Shown: one piece after another, positions 9,816-18,976 of the stretch
Layout of the letters: every line of letters starts with the position of its first letter
Numbering within the stretch: the stretch's first letter is position 1
From: an uncultured Sphingomonadaceae bacterium
GTDB taxonomy: Bacteria; Pseudomonadota; Alphaproteobacteria; Sphingomonadales; Sphingomonadaceae
Direction of reading: 5' to 3'
NCBI GenBank assembly: GCA_947501695.1
Contig: CANMWO010000002.1
Coordinates: forward strand, 573,327 to 637,326
Length of the DNA: 64,000 nt
Made by a program: the position numbers and the translations under genes
Notes under the pieces: model-generated
The model's input: only the letters and a program-made list of their open reading frames with translations
The model's database searches: none
Told to the model about the DNA's origin: nothing

Positions 9816-10037
9816 CATATTCTCCTGAAAACTACAATTCTTTGGAACCAGATTACCGCAAGAAGTCGCAAACTCCACTAGTGAATCTGGCAGCCTACTG
9901 AATCTTTTGAGCGAATTTGCTACGATCCATTTTCAAGGCATAACCTAATGTTTTTGAGAGGACCGTTCGACCCTGTTACCTGTGTATCTTCCCCATAATG
10001 AGGCAGTGACGAATCTGCCCAAAAGGAGAGCAAACCC

Positions 10038-10667
10038 GTGAAACTTTATTCCAGCCTTGGTCCCAATCCTCGGCTAGCCCGCATGTTCCTTGTGGAAAAA
10101 GGCATTGAGGTGGAACGAATCCATCTCGACATTATCACCGGCGAGAATCGTGGTGAGGAATATGCGACCAAGAATGTGATGCAAACCACGCCCACTCTGG
10201 AATTGGATGACGGTACGCTGCTCAGTGAATCCACGGTAATCTGTGAATATCTGGAAGAAATTAAACCGGATCCCGTGCTGATCGGTTCGACAGCAAAAGA
10301 GCGGGCAGAGACCAGACGCTGGGCGCGCCGCATAGATCAGGAGATTGCGGTGCCCATGACACTCGGCTTTCGCGGTGGCGGCGGTCGGCCAATGTTCGAA
10401 CCGCGCATGAACGTGGTCAGCACCGAGGCGGCGGCCGAATTGTCGGCCATGTCCGACAAGCACTGGCTTTGGCTCGACGCGCAACTCGGCGACAAAGATC
10501 ATATCTGCCATGGCAAGCTGACATTGGCAGATCTTGTTGCCTTTTGTTTCATCAAATTTGGCGGCACAGTTGGCTGGTCGCTTCCCGAAGGCGCAGATAA
10601 TCTGACACGCTTTGCGGCCAAGATGGAGGAACGCCCTTCAGCGGAAATCTGGCGCGGCGAAGAATGA
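10038..10667 (+). CDS. glutathione S-transferase family protein
   Basis: GPNPRLARMFLVEKG, TPTLELDDGTLLSESTVICEYLEE, LTLADL; GTG start with AGGAG RBS. Confidence 0.9.
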   Translation: MKLYSSLGPNPRLARMFLVEKGIEVERIHLDIITGENRGEEYATKNVMQTTPTLELDDGTLLSESTVICEYLEEIKPDPVLIGSTAKERAETRRWARRIDQEIAVPMTLGFRGGGGRPMFEPRMNVVSTEAAAELSAMSDKHWLWLDAQLGDKDHICHGKLTLADLVAFCFIKFGGTVGWSLPEGADNLTRFAAKMEERPSAEIWRGEE

Positions 10668-11224
10668 CCGATACGCCCTCCTCTTCTCTGGCTACTCTCG
10701 CCAAGCTCGGCACGATTATGCAGATCAGCTATGTGCCGGATGATTATGATGCCGCGCTTGACTATTGGACGCAGAAAATGGGCGCTGGCCCGTTTTTCCA
10801 TACCGAAGGCGTGCTGGTCGAGAATGTCAAATATCGTGGCGAACCATCAGATATCCAGTTTTCTATGGCCATCGGCTATTGGGGCGATGTGCAGGTCGAA
10901 TTGATCCGGCCTGACAATGATGCCCCATCCATGTTCAAGGACTGGCGCGCCAAGGGCCTGCAAGGGGTGCAGCATCTCTGCATCATCGTCGATGATTTGG
11001 CCGAAGCGCGTCAAATTACCGAGAGCAAAGGCGGCGAAGTGATTCAGGAAGTCAGCCTGCCCGGCGGGGTCGGAGGCGCTTTCTATGCTGATTATGGCGG
11101 CGGTCCCGGCACGATCATCGAATATCTGCAAATCCCGCAAGCGGGCCTCGATGGCTTTGCGGCCATGCGTCAGGCCCATCTCGACTGGGATGGCACAAGT
11201 AACCCTGTGATCGGAAAAGAATAG
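10664..11224 (+). CDS. VOC (glyoxalase/methylmalonyl-CoA epimerase-like) protein
   Basis: MQISYV, WGDVQVELIRP, GVQHLC, TIIEYL. Confidence 0.85.
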   Translation: MTDTPSSSLATLAKLGTIMQISYVPDDYDAALDYWTQKMGAGPFFHTEGVLVENVKYRGEPSDIQFSMAIGYWGDVQVELIRPDNDAPSMFKDWRAKGLQGVQHLCIIVDDLAEARQITESKGGEVIQEVSLPGGVGGAFYADYGGGPGTIIEYLQIPQAGLDGFAAMRQAHLDWDGTSNPVIGKE

Positions 11225-12013
11225 ATGAGCGATACACCACCAGAACGCCGCCCGGACCAGAAGCCTATTAAATGTGTGCTGGTTGCCGCGGGCAAATATC
11301 ACGATATTGATTTTGCTCGGCTCGAAATTTTGAAGCTGCTTGCCGAAGATGATCGCATTCGGGTTCGAGTATTTGAAGATTATGAAAATCTTGAAGCCAT
11401 CAAAAACGCCGATATTCTGATCAGCTATACCTGCGATCTGTTGCCCAGCGAAGCGGCGCAGAAAAACATTCAGGCCTTCGTCAATGGCGGCGGACAATAT
11501 TTTGCGCTGCATGGCACCAACAGCGTGCTCAAGTTTCTCGAAGACGGCCGGGTCGATGCGCCCGATGATATGCCCACCTTTGTCGACACATTGGGCAGCC
11601 GGTTTCTGTCCCATCCGCCGATCATCCCTTTCACCGTCGACAATGCCCAACCCGATCATCCATTGGTCAAAGGCATTCCCAGTTTTGAAACGGTTGACGA
11701 GCAATATCTCGTCGAAACCCGAGCCGAAATCGACGTGCTGCTGGACACCGAATATAATGGCACCGACGATATTAGCGGTTTCGTGCATAGCGACATTGAA
11801 AAAAGCCGCCACCCGGTCTTCTACATCCGTAAAATGGGTGAAGGCGCGGTGCTTTATCTGACCATGGGCCATTGCCGCGGCCATTATGATATGGATCCAG
11901 TGCTGGACTGGTGGCCTGAAGTGGATCGTTCCGGTTGGCAGCAGCCGATTATTTACGACCTGCTCCGCCGCGGGATCAACTGGTGCTGCCAGCCCGCTAT
12001 TTCAAAATTCTAA
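11225..12013 (+). CDS. ThuA-like domain protein (class I glutamine amidotransferase-like fold)
   Basis: GKYHDIDFARL, GGQYFALHGT, TVDEQY, YLTMGHCRGHYD. Confidence 0.75.
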   Translation: MSDTPPERRPDQKPIKCVLVAAGKYHDIDFARLEILKLLAEDDRIRVRVFEDYENLEAIKNADILISYTCDLLPSEAAQKNIQAFVNGGGQYFALHGTNSVLKFLEDGRVDAPDDMPTFVDTLGSRFLSHPPIIPFTVDNAQPDHPLVKGIPSFETVDEQYLVETRAEIDVLLDTEYNGTDDISGFVHSDIEKSRHPVFYIRKMGEGAVLYLTMGHCRGHYDMDPVLDWWPEVDRSGWQQPIIYDLLRRGINWCCQPAISKF

Positions 12014-12056
12014 AAGCAAAATTCTAACCCTGAACATCACTTAAAGGAGAGCAAAA

Positions 12057-12815
12057 ATGGAATTAGGACTGAAGGGCAAAAAAGTCATTCTCACAGGCGG
12101 TAGTCGCGGACTAGGGCGCGCTGCGCTGGAGCATTTCGCAAAAGAAGGCGCGGATGTCGCGTTTTTCTCGCGCAATGCGGAACAGGTCGCAGCTGCCAAG
12201 AGCGAATTGGAAGCCCATGGCGGGAAAGTCTTTGCTGAATCATTCGATATGACAGATGCTGAGGGCTATCCAAAATGGCTGGAAAAAGCTGCTGGCGAAC
12301 TCGGTGGTTGCGATATTTTCATCCATAATGTCAGCTCTTCGGGCGCCGGCGGAACCGGTGACTGGGAAATGACATTCAACACCGATATTATCGGCGCGGT
12401 CAAAGCGATGGAAGTGCTCGAACCACATCTGGAAAAATCAGACGATGGCTCGGTGATCTTCATGTCATCGACCGCTGCGTTTGAAACATTCGTGGCGCCT
12501 CAGGCGTTTAACGCGATGAAAGCGGCGCTGATCACCTATGGCAGTCAGCTAAGCCAGGCGCTTGGCCCCAAAGGCATAAGAGTCAATATGGTGTCTCCGG
12601 GCCCGATTAAATTCCCGGGCGGCAACTGGTCCCAAATCGAAGCGGGCATGCCTGAATTTTATGAGATGACCAAAGCAGGCTTTGCTCTGGGCGACTTTGG
12701 CGGTGCCGATGATGTGGCGCGTAGCGTTGTGTTCCTCGCGAGCCCTGCCTCCAGCTATACCACAGGCGCACATCTCGTCATCGACGGCGGCTTTACCAAG
12801 CGCGTCCAGTTCTAA
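12057..12815 (+). CDS. short-chain dehydrogenase/reductase with Phe at the catalytic Tyr position
   Basis: TGGSRGLG, FMSS, IRVNMVSPG, IDGG; YxxxK motif reads FNAMK. Confidence 0.88.
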   Translation: MELGLKGKKVILTGGSRGLGRAALEHFAKEGADVAFFSRNAEQVAAAKSELEAHGGKVFAESFDMTDAEGYPKWLEKAAGELGGCDIFIHNVSSSGAGGTGDWEMTFNTDIIGAVKAMEVLEPHLEKSDDGSVIFMSSTAAFETFVAPQAFNAMKAALITYGSQLSQALGPKGIRVNMVSPGPIKFPGGNWSQIEAGMPEFYEMTKAGFALGDFGGADDVARSVVFLASPASSYTTGAHLVIDGGFTKRVQF

Positions 12816-12823
12816 TTTCGTCG

Positions 12824-12858
12824 AAGGCCGGGCGGCTTAATTGACCGCCCGGTCTTTT
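12824..12858. terminator. probable bidirectional intrinsic terminator between convergent SDR and CoA ligase
   Basis: aaggccgggcgg-(loop)-ccgcccggtctttt inverted repeat. Confidence 0.6.
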
Positions 12859-14417
12859 CCTTCCCAATAGGGTGCCCGCAATTCGCGGCGCAGGATTTTC
12901 CCCGATGGATTGCGCGGCAATTCGGGGATGAAGTCCACAGATTTCGGACATTTGAACCCGGCAATATTGGTCCGGGCATGGGCAATCAGATCAGTCTCGT
13001 TGATCTCCGCGCCGTCTTTTAACACGACACAGGCTTTGACAGCCTCTCCCCATTTTTCATCAGGCACACCGATTACCGCGACATCCGCAATGGCCGGATG
13101 GCCGTAAATCGCATTCTCGACTTCGGCCGGATAAATATTTTCCCCGCCGGAGATGATCATATCCTTCACCCGGTCATGGATATAGAGATAGCCATCCTCA
13201 TCAAAATAGCCCGCATCGCCGGTCCGCAGCCAGCCATCGGCATCGATGGTCGCCGCGGTGGCTTCAGCCATGTTCCAATAGCCTTTCATATTGAACGAGG
13301 AGCGCGTGGCAATCTCTCCCACTTCGCGCGCAGCGACTGTGTTGCCGTCATCATCGATAATCTTGACCTCAACACCCTGTAGCGGTTTTCCGACCGAGCG
13401 CATTTTGTCATTCCCGTTCGGATCATGGTCCTCAGGCGGCAGCGCCACAATCGTTCCCGATGTTTCGGTCATGCCGTACATCTGGATGAACTCACAGCCG
13501 AACATGTCGATGCTCTGCTTCATCATTTCCAGCGGGATCGGTGACGCGCCATATGAGATATATTTGAGCTTGGAAAAATCGACCTCGCCGACCCTTGGAT
13601 TGTTGAGCAAGATCTGGATCGCGGCTGGCACCATGAAAATCTTGCTGATGCCATATTGCTCAATGAAATCAAGCGCCTGTGCGGGATCATATTCGCGCAC
13701 CACAACCGCGTGGCCGCCGCTGTACATATTGCCAAGGCCCGACCCCGTGCCGCCGATATGGAAACACGGCATGGCCAGAAGCATCGTCTCACCCGGCTGC
13801 GATCTCTGCCAGTCGGCCAAATCATCGTCGGTCAGCTTGGAACGCGCGCCAAAAATCGAATAGCCGGTCATGATTGCACCCTTGGGATGGCCAGTCGTTC
13901 CGGAGGTATAGAGTTGAAGGGCGTCATCATCTGGCGCGCAAGCCACCATCGGATCAACATCCGGAAACCCGTCACGCCAGGCCGGATAACCAGCAAATTC
14001 CTCGTTCGCCTGTTCCGAACAGAAGATGGTTTCGACATATTCAAACTGCGGCTTTATCTGCTTAACCAGATCAACAAATTCCGGCCCAATGAACAGGATC
14101 TTGGCTTGGCAATTGTTGACGATGTAAGTGACTTCCGGACCAGCCAGTCGCCAGTTCACCGGCGTCATCACCGCGCCGACCTTTGCTGCACCCAATAATA
14201 TCTCGAAATAGAGATGGGAGTTTTTGCCCATATAGGCGATCCGGTCACCCTTGGTTACACCCAGCGAAGCCAGCGCATTGGCGGCCCGACTGCTTCCCGC
14301 ATCGAGCTGGGCATAGCTCATCTCTTCACCTTCAAAGGTGAAAACGAGCGCGTCGCCCTGATCCTTGGCTTGGTGCCGGATCACATCCGCTACGGTTACA
14401 ATTTCTTCTTTCAGCAT
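12837..14417 (-). CDS. long-chain fatty-acid--CoA ligase (AMP-binding)
   Basis: YTSGTTGHPKG, QMYGMTE, WLRTGDAG, IISGGENIYPAEVE, NPSGKILR. Confidence 0.93.
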   Translation of the reverse strand: MLKEEIVTVADVIRHQAKDQGDALVFTFEGEEMSYAQLDAGSSRAANALASLGVTKGDRIAYMGKNSHLYFEILLGAAKVGAVMTPVNWRLAGPEVTYIVNNCQAKILFIGPEFVDLVKQIKPQFEYVETIFCSEQANEEFAGYPAWRDGFPDVDPMVACAPDDDALQLYTSGTTGHPKGAIMTGYSIFGARSKLTDDDLADWQRSQPGETMLLAMPCFHIGGTGSGLGNMYSGGHAVVVREYDPAQALDFIEQYGISKIFMVPAAIQILLNNPRVGEVDFSKLKYISYGASPIPLEMMKQSIDMFGCEFIQMYGMTETSGTIVALPPEDHDPNGNDKMRSVGKPLQGVEVKIIDDDGNTVAAREVGEIATRSSFNMKGYWNMAEATAATIDADGWLRTGDAGYFDEDGYLYIHDRVKDMIISGGENIYPAEVENAIYGHPAIADVAVIGVPDEKWGEAVKACVVLKDGAEINETDLIAHARTNIAGFKCPKSVDFIPELPRNPSGKILRRELRAPYWEGKDRAVN

Positions 14418-14546
14418 GGTCCTGTCCTATTCTGGCGACCCTCATCGTGGCCGATTCTCACATCTCTATCTAATCGCCGCAGCGGCGCAAACAGCCTAGC
14501 ATATTGACTAGCCGTCTTGGTCGCACGCTTGGATTAGGATTGGTTT

Positions 14547-15344
14547 ATGCGCGACTTAGCCCTCCATCAAATTACTATGACCAAGGGCGGGCCAAACGAA
14601 CTTGTCCGGTTCGCGGCTAGGGCTGGACTCAAGAAAGTCTGCCTGTTCACCGCATCACCGCTGACAGCAGATGGTGAGCGGATGTTTGCGATTGTGGAAC
14701 CATCGGACAAAGCAGTGTTTCAAAGCCAGCTCGCCGATAATGATGTGTCGATTATCAACGCGGAATATTTCCCGGTCATGCCCGAAGCCGATGTAACCGG
14801 ATATACAGCAGCACTGGAACTGGCAGCTGAGCTGGGTGCGAAACGCGCCGTCACCCATATTCATGAGGCTGATCCGACACGTATCGCCGATCAACTCGGT
14901 AGGCTGTGTGCAATGGCTAGTGATTTAGACATGGAAATCGGACTGGAATTTACCGGTTTTGCGAAGGGCTGTGACAGCCTTGAAAAAGCGATGAACTTGC
15001 ATCGAGCCATGAACCAGCGGAACTTGAAGATCGCTATTGATGCGCTGCATTTGTTCCGGACAGGCGGAACGCTCGATCAGCTAAAGGCCGTCGATCCCCA
15101 GATTATCGGCTATGCCCAGATATGCGACGGTCCGCATTTTCGAAAATCTGACGATTATGTCGAAGAAGCCATGAACCGAATGATCCCCGGCGAGGGCATG
15201 TTCCCGCTTCGCGCATTGATTGACCTCCTCGGCCAGCATGTCGACTTAGACATTGAAGTACCCCACTATGCTTCTGCGCCACATTTCGATGCAGAAAATT
15301 GGGCTCGAGAAGCAATAGCGGCGAGCAAGACATTATTAGAATGA
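14547..15344 (+). CDS. sugar-phosphate isomerase/epimerase (xylose-isomerase-like TIM barrel)
   Basis: GLEFTG, IDALHLFR, YAQICDG, RMIPGEG, DIEVP metal-binding pattern. Confidence 0.8.
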   Translation: MRDLALHQITMTKGGPNELVRFAARAGLKKVCLFTASPLTADGERMFAIVEPSDKAVFQSQLADNDVSIINAEYFPVMPEADVTGYTAALELAAELGAKRAVTHIHEADPTRIADQLGRLCAMASDLDMEIGLEFTGFAKGCDSLEKAMNLHRAMNQRNLKIAIDALHLFRTGGTLDQLKAVDPQIIGYAQICDGPHFRKSDDYVEEAMNRMIPGEGMFPLRALIDLLGQHVDLDIEVPHYASAPHFDAENWAREAIAASKTLLE

Positions 15345-15356
15345 TCGGAGACCGTA

Positions 15357-15833
15357 ATGACTCATGATGATTTGATCGACCGGGCAAATATAACCGACCA
15401 TGTGCTAAAATATGCCACCGGCATCGATCGGCACCAGTGGGAGCTATATCGCTCGATCTTCGCGGACGAGATCACACTCGATTTTTCCAGCTGGTCCGGA
15501 GATCCGGCCAGTAAAATGCCGGCCGACGCATGGGTGGCCGGCGTTCGGGCCACGCTGGAACCATTTGACGCAACTCAGCATGTGCTGACCAATTTCGTGG
15601 TCACCCTCGACGGCGATAGCGCCACCTGCACCTGCTATATGGCCGCCCATCATCATCTCGTCGTCGATGGCGACCGGCAGATGCATAGCATTGGCGGCTT
15701 TTATGTGCACGAACTGGAGCGAACGGGCGGTGGCTGGCTGATCCACAAAACCCAGCTCAATGTGACATGGGAAATGGGTGATCGCGGCCTGTTTGAACTG
15801 GCCGCCAAGCGCGGTGCTGCATCGATGGCCTGA
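15357..15833 (+). CDS. SnoaL/NTF2-like protein
   Basis: YATGIDRHQW...F..E...DF, TQHVLTN, GGFYVHEL..TGGGWLI. Confidence 0.85.
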   Translation: MTHDDLIDRANITDHVLKYATGIDRHQWELYRSIFADEITLDFSSWSGDPASKMPADAWVAGVRATLEPFDATQHVLTNFVVTLDGDSATCTCYMAAHHHLVVDGDRQMHSIGGFYVHELERTGGGWLIHKTQLNVTWEMGDRGLFELAAKRGAASMA

Positions 15834-15864
15834 AGCAGTTGCGTCCTGCACAATTGATGCTAAG

Positions 15865-15876
15865 TTGTCCGGACAA
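15865..15876. promoter_or_regulatory. palindromic operator site 1 (TTGTCCGGACAA)
   Basis: Exact palindrome 21 bp upstream of ATG 15898; context aagTTGTCCGGACAAattt. Confidence 0.85.
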
Positions 15877-15897
15877 ATTTAACGAAGGATCATCCTT

Positions 15898-16704
15898 ATG
15901 TTTCTCACCAGCCTCTCCGCTTTGGCCCTCGCCGCCGGATCGCCGCAGACCCTTACCCTGGGCGAGCAGTTGCCGGGCGTCTTCACTAATGAGGAACAGG
16001 CCTATTTTGAAAAAGATGCGGGCCGGACTCCGCCGCCATGGATCGCGCTGAAAATTGAACAGCGAGGTTCCGGGCTCGTCGTCACCCGCACGGATGCCTT
16101 CGGCAAAGCGGTTGCGGCACCACTCACGGGGCTTGCTGCCACAGGCGTGCATCGCGACAGCCTGACATTGGGCAATTGTACCCGCAATTTTGATCGCACG
16201 GACACGGGCTGGGTCTATAGTAAGCTACAAAATAGAATGGCCTGTCGTCAGGATTATCAAATTACCGGCGTCAATGCCGACGGGCTGACCCTGCGTTTTG
16301 CCGATGGCACCGAAACCCAATTGAAGCGCGCCCGTCCGGTCGAATGCTGGGCCGCCGCGAAGAAGACCGAACCCAAGGCAGATGGCAGCCCGGACTGGCT
16401 GTTCGCCCAGAAATTAAGCCTGCATGATCAAGGAGGACGGGTCATGGTTGGTGGCGGAGACAGTGGCGCCGAACCGCTGATCCTGCGTATGCGGGCGGTC
16501 TATTGGCCCAAGCCCAGCACGAACCGGCCAAGCATGGTGCTCTATGTCCATAAGCCCGATAATCCCGATAGCGCCGTCAGCTACAGCTGGGCCGATATCA
16601 ATGCCAGCCGAGTTGGCTTGAACTTGCGCTGGATGCAGGCCAGTTGCACGATCAAAGGCGCCGAGCGTTCCTCCGATGTGACAAGCCAAAATTTTCGTGG
16701 CTGA
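15898..16704 (+). CDS. exported hypothetical protein
   Basis: Signal-peptide-like MFLTSLSALALAAG; C-terminal domain ...LHDQGG...SYSWAD...RVGLNLRWMQASCT; AAGGA RBS; directly behind an operator. Confidence 0.7.
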   Translation: MFLTSLSALALAAGSPQTLTLGEQLPGVFTNEEQAYFEKDAGRTPPPWIALKIEQRGSGLVVTRTDAFGKAVAAPLTGLAATGVHRDSLTLGNCTRNFDRTDTGWVYSKLQNRMACRQDYQITGVNADGLTLRFADGTETQLKRARPVECWAAAKKTEPKADGSPDWLFAQKLSLHDQGGRVMVGGGDSGAEPLILRMRAVYWPKPSTNRPSMVLYVHKPDNPDSAVSYSWADINASRVGLNLRWMQASCTIKGAERSSDVTSQNFRG

Positions 16705-17466
16705 TTATTTTGCCGGTGGTGTGAAAAGGGCCTCGTCTATCGCTGTATTCACTTTGGTTTCTGTCCAGAATACCTCGTTGGATTTGCGCCCGTCATAATA
16801 GAGCGTGACATGACGCGCCTGCAGCCAGCGCGGATCTGCCAGCCTTACGAAATCATCATAGACCCGCAGATGCCAACCCTTTGGGGTGCGAAAACCCATC
16901 GTCCGGATGGCGTGACTTTGTTGATCGATACCAAATAGCGTTTTGCCGCCCTTCGGGTCGGTAAGCTCCACCGTATAAAGCGCATGGCCGCCGACATCAT
17001 CATCCGGCAATCGGGTAGCAGTGAAACCGGGTTTGTCAGCCTGCCGGATGATCCCGAAACCGAAATTACTGGCCCAGAATTTTTCCGCTTCTGCCTTGGG
17101 TGTGATGCCGCGTTCTGTCCATGTTGTTTCCCCGTCGAAACCCACTTCGAAAATCAGCTTTTCGCCCTTTTTTGCTATAATCCTTACTTTGCCATCAGCA
17201 CCATGGGCGACGGTTCGGTTGGAATCAAATATCCGCCACATGCGATAGTCGCTTGCAACAGTGCGAGGGTGATGACCAGTCGCACCAAAGAAAATCGCAT
17301 GACCGGATAGTGTCAGCGAGCGAGCATTGGCCCAATCATCCCCGCCCGCAGCTTCCCGGGCCATGGACAATATGGCCGCACCGTCAGGTTCGCGCTCGGC
17401 GGCCGAAAGCGGTAACACAGCGACTATCAGTGCCATCAGCATCACGCTACGAAACAGACGAAACAT
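16705..17466 (-). CDS. exported hypothetical protein (LolA/lipoprotein-sorting-like beta fold, tentative)
   Basis: Signal peptide MFRLFRSVMLMALIVAVLPLSAA; beta-rich body (VGFDGETTW, TLFGIDQQSHAI); fold guess only. Confidence 0.6.
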   Translation of the reverse strand: MFRLFRSVMLMALIVAVLPLSAAEREPDGAAILSMAREAAGGDDWANARSLTLSGHAIFFGATGHHPRTVASDYRMWRIFDSNRTVAHGADGKVRIIAKKGEKLIFEVGFDGETTWTERGITPKAEAEKFWASNFGFGIIRQADKPGFTATRLPDDDVGGHALYTVELTDPKGGKTLFGIDQQSHAIRTMGFRTPKGWHLRVYDDFVRLADPRWLQARHVTLYYDGRKSNEVFWTETKVNTAIDEALFTPPAK

Positions 17467-17485
17467 GGGCAGCACTCCTATTTAG

Positions 17486-17497
17486 TTGTCCGGACAA
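17486..17497. promoter_or_regulatory. palindromic operator site 2 (TTGTCCGGACAA)
   Basis: Exact palindrome in the 74 bp divergent gap between 17466(-) and 17541(+). Confidence 0.85.
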
Positions 17498-17540
17498 ATT
17501 TACCTTGCCTTCAACCCCTGGTTTCTGTCAACATCAAGCC

Positions 17541-18950
17541 ATGAACAATCAGACCTCTTCAATCAGCAGACGTGCTTTTGTTGGTGGGATGAGTGCATCA
17601 TTAATTGCCTGCGCCGCGCCGCGCCGAACCTGGAGCAAGACCACCGCTGATGTCATTATAGTGGGTGCCGGTCTGGCCGGATTGCACGCCGCGAGCCTGA
17701 TTGAAAACGCCGGCTATAAGGTCATCCTGCTCGAAGGGGCTGCGCATGCTGGGGGTCGTCTGCATACGCTTGACGATTTACCCGGCCAACCTGATGCAGG
17801 CGGCATTCAAATTGGTGCGTCCTATAAGCGTTTTCATAACATTGCCGATCGGCTGGGTGTAGAACGCTATGTCCCGCCGCCGTCGCCACGTGGCTCCTTA
17901 TACCATATTGATGGAATCCCTTTAACCGCAAAGCAGTGGTCAACGGCATTGCAGAACAAACTTGCGGCCCCGGAAAAGGCAACCCTGCCTGATCGCCTGT
18001 TTTTCTCCTACCTGAACAATCTGCCGAAGTTCGAAAATATCGCGGACTGGATGAAACCGGAAGCACAGGCCATTGACATCGCGCTAAGTCAATATTTGCG
18101 TGAACAGGGTGCCTCGGAAGAAGCGCTGCGGCTGATCAATGCCAATCTCAACGGGAACAGCATTGACCAACAATCGGCGTTGCACATGGCCCGATCGCTG
18201 GCGATGTTTCGCGCAAGCTCTGATCCGGTCCGCTACGTGCGCGGCGGATCACAGCGGATGACCGATGCCATGGCTGCGTCCCTGCGCAGCGAATTGCTGC
18301 TCAACAGCCCTGTCATGGCAATAAAGGATGAAGGCGATGGTATTGAGATCAGCCTTGCCGACGGACGCAGATTTGGCGCACGCCATGTCATCTGCACCGC
18401 TCCTTTTTCGACGATACGGAATATGACTATTGAAGCGGATTTACCGCAGGCGTTGCGCGCCATGATCACGCGGCTTCCTTATACACGCGCAAGCTTTGCG
18501 TATCTGTCGGCGGCAGAGGCTTTCTGGAAAAATGATGATCTGCCGGAAACTATTTGGTCTGATGATCCGATGCTCGGCAGAATGTTCGTGCTTGGCGATG
18601 ATCCTGCGATGGTGAAAGTCTGGCTCAACGGTCCCAGCGCAGATCTTGTCGACGCGATGGATGACGCCGCAGCCGGGGCGGTGATAATCCGCAAAATCGA
18701 AGAAGCGCGGCCTTCTGCCAAGGGTAAACTCAAATTTCTGAGGATGTTCAGCTGGCAGAAAAATAAATTTGCCCGCGGAATATATCATCATATCGGTACC
18801 GGTCAGGGCGCGACCTTGGCGCTGGCCACACAATATCGCGGACAACGCCTCCATTTTGCCGGCGAGCATCTGGCTCAGCAAAGCTCAGGTATGGAAGGCG
18901 CGCTGGAAAGCGGGCAGCGAACCGCTGAACATGTGCTTGCGACACTCTAA
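17541..18950 (+). CDS. Tat-exported flavin monoamine oxidase family protein
   Basis: SRRAFVGG twin-arginine signal; VIIVGAGLAGL...EGAAHAGGR; HFAGEH...SGMEGALESG. Confidence 0.88.
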   Translation: MNNQTSSISRRAFVGGMSASLIACAAPRRTWSKTTADVIIVGAGLAGLHAASLIENAGYKVILLEGAAHAGGRLHTLDDLPGQPDAGGIQIGASYKRFHNIADRLGVERYVPPPSPRGSLYHIDGIPLTAKQWSTALQNKLAAPEKATLPDRLFFSYLNNLPKFENIADWMKPEAQAIDIALSQYLREQGASEEALRLINANLNGNSIDQQSALHMARSLAMFRASSDPVRYVRGGSQRMTDAMAASLRSELLLNSPVMAIKDEGDGIEISLADGRRFGARHVICTAPFSTIRNMTIEADLPQALRAMITRLPYTRASFAYLSAAEAFWKNDDLPETIWSDDPMLGRMFVLGDDPAMVKVWLNGPSADLVDAMDDAAAGAVIIRKIEEARPSAKGKLKFLRMFSWQKNKFARGIYHHIGTGQGATLALATQYRGQRLHFAGEHLAQQSSGMEGALESGQRTAEHVLATL

Positions 18951-18976
18951 TGGAACATCACGACAAGGCCTGCAAT

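Noticed and set aside
14496-14511. CTAG-N8-CTAG (CT-N12-AG) lux-box-like site; similar CT-N12-AG at 4558-4573
   Set aside because: The motif is too low in information (expected many times by chance) to link to the LuxR solo.
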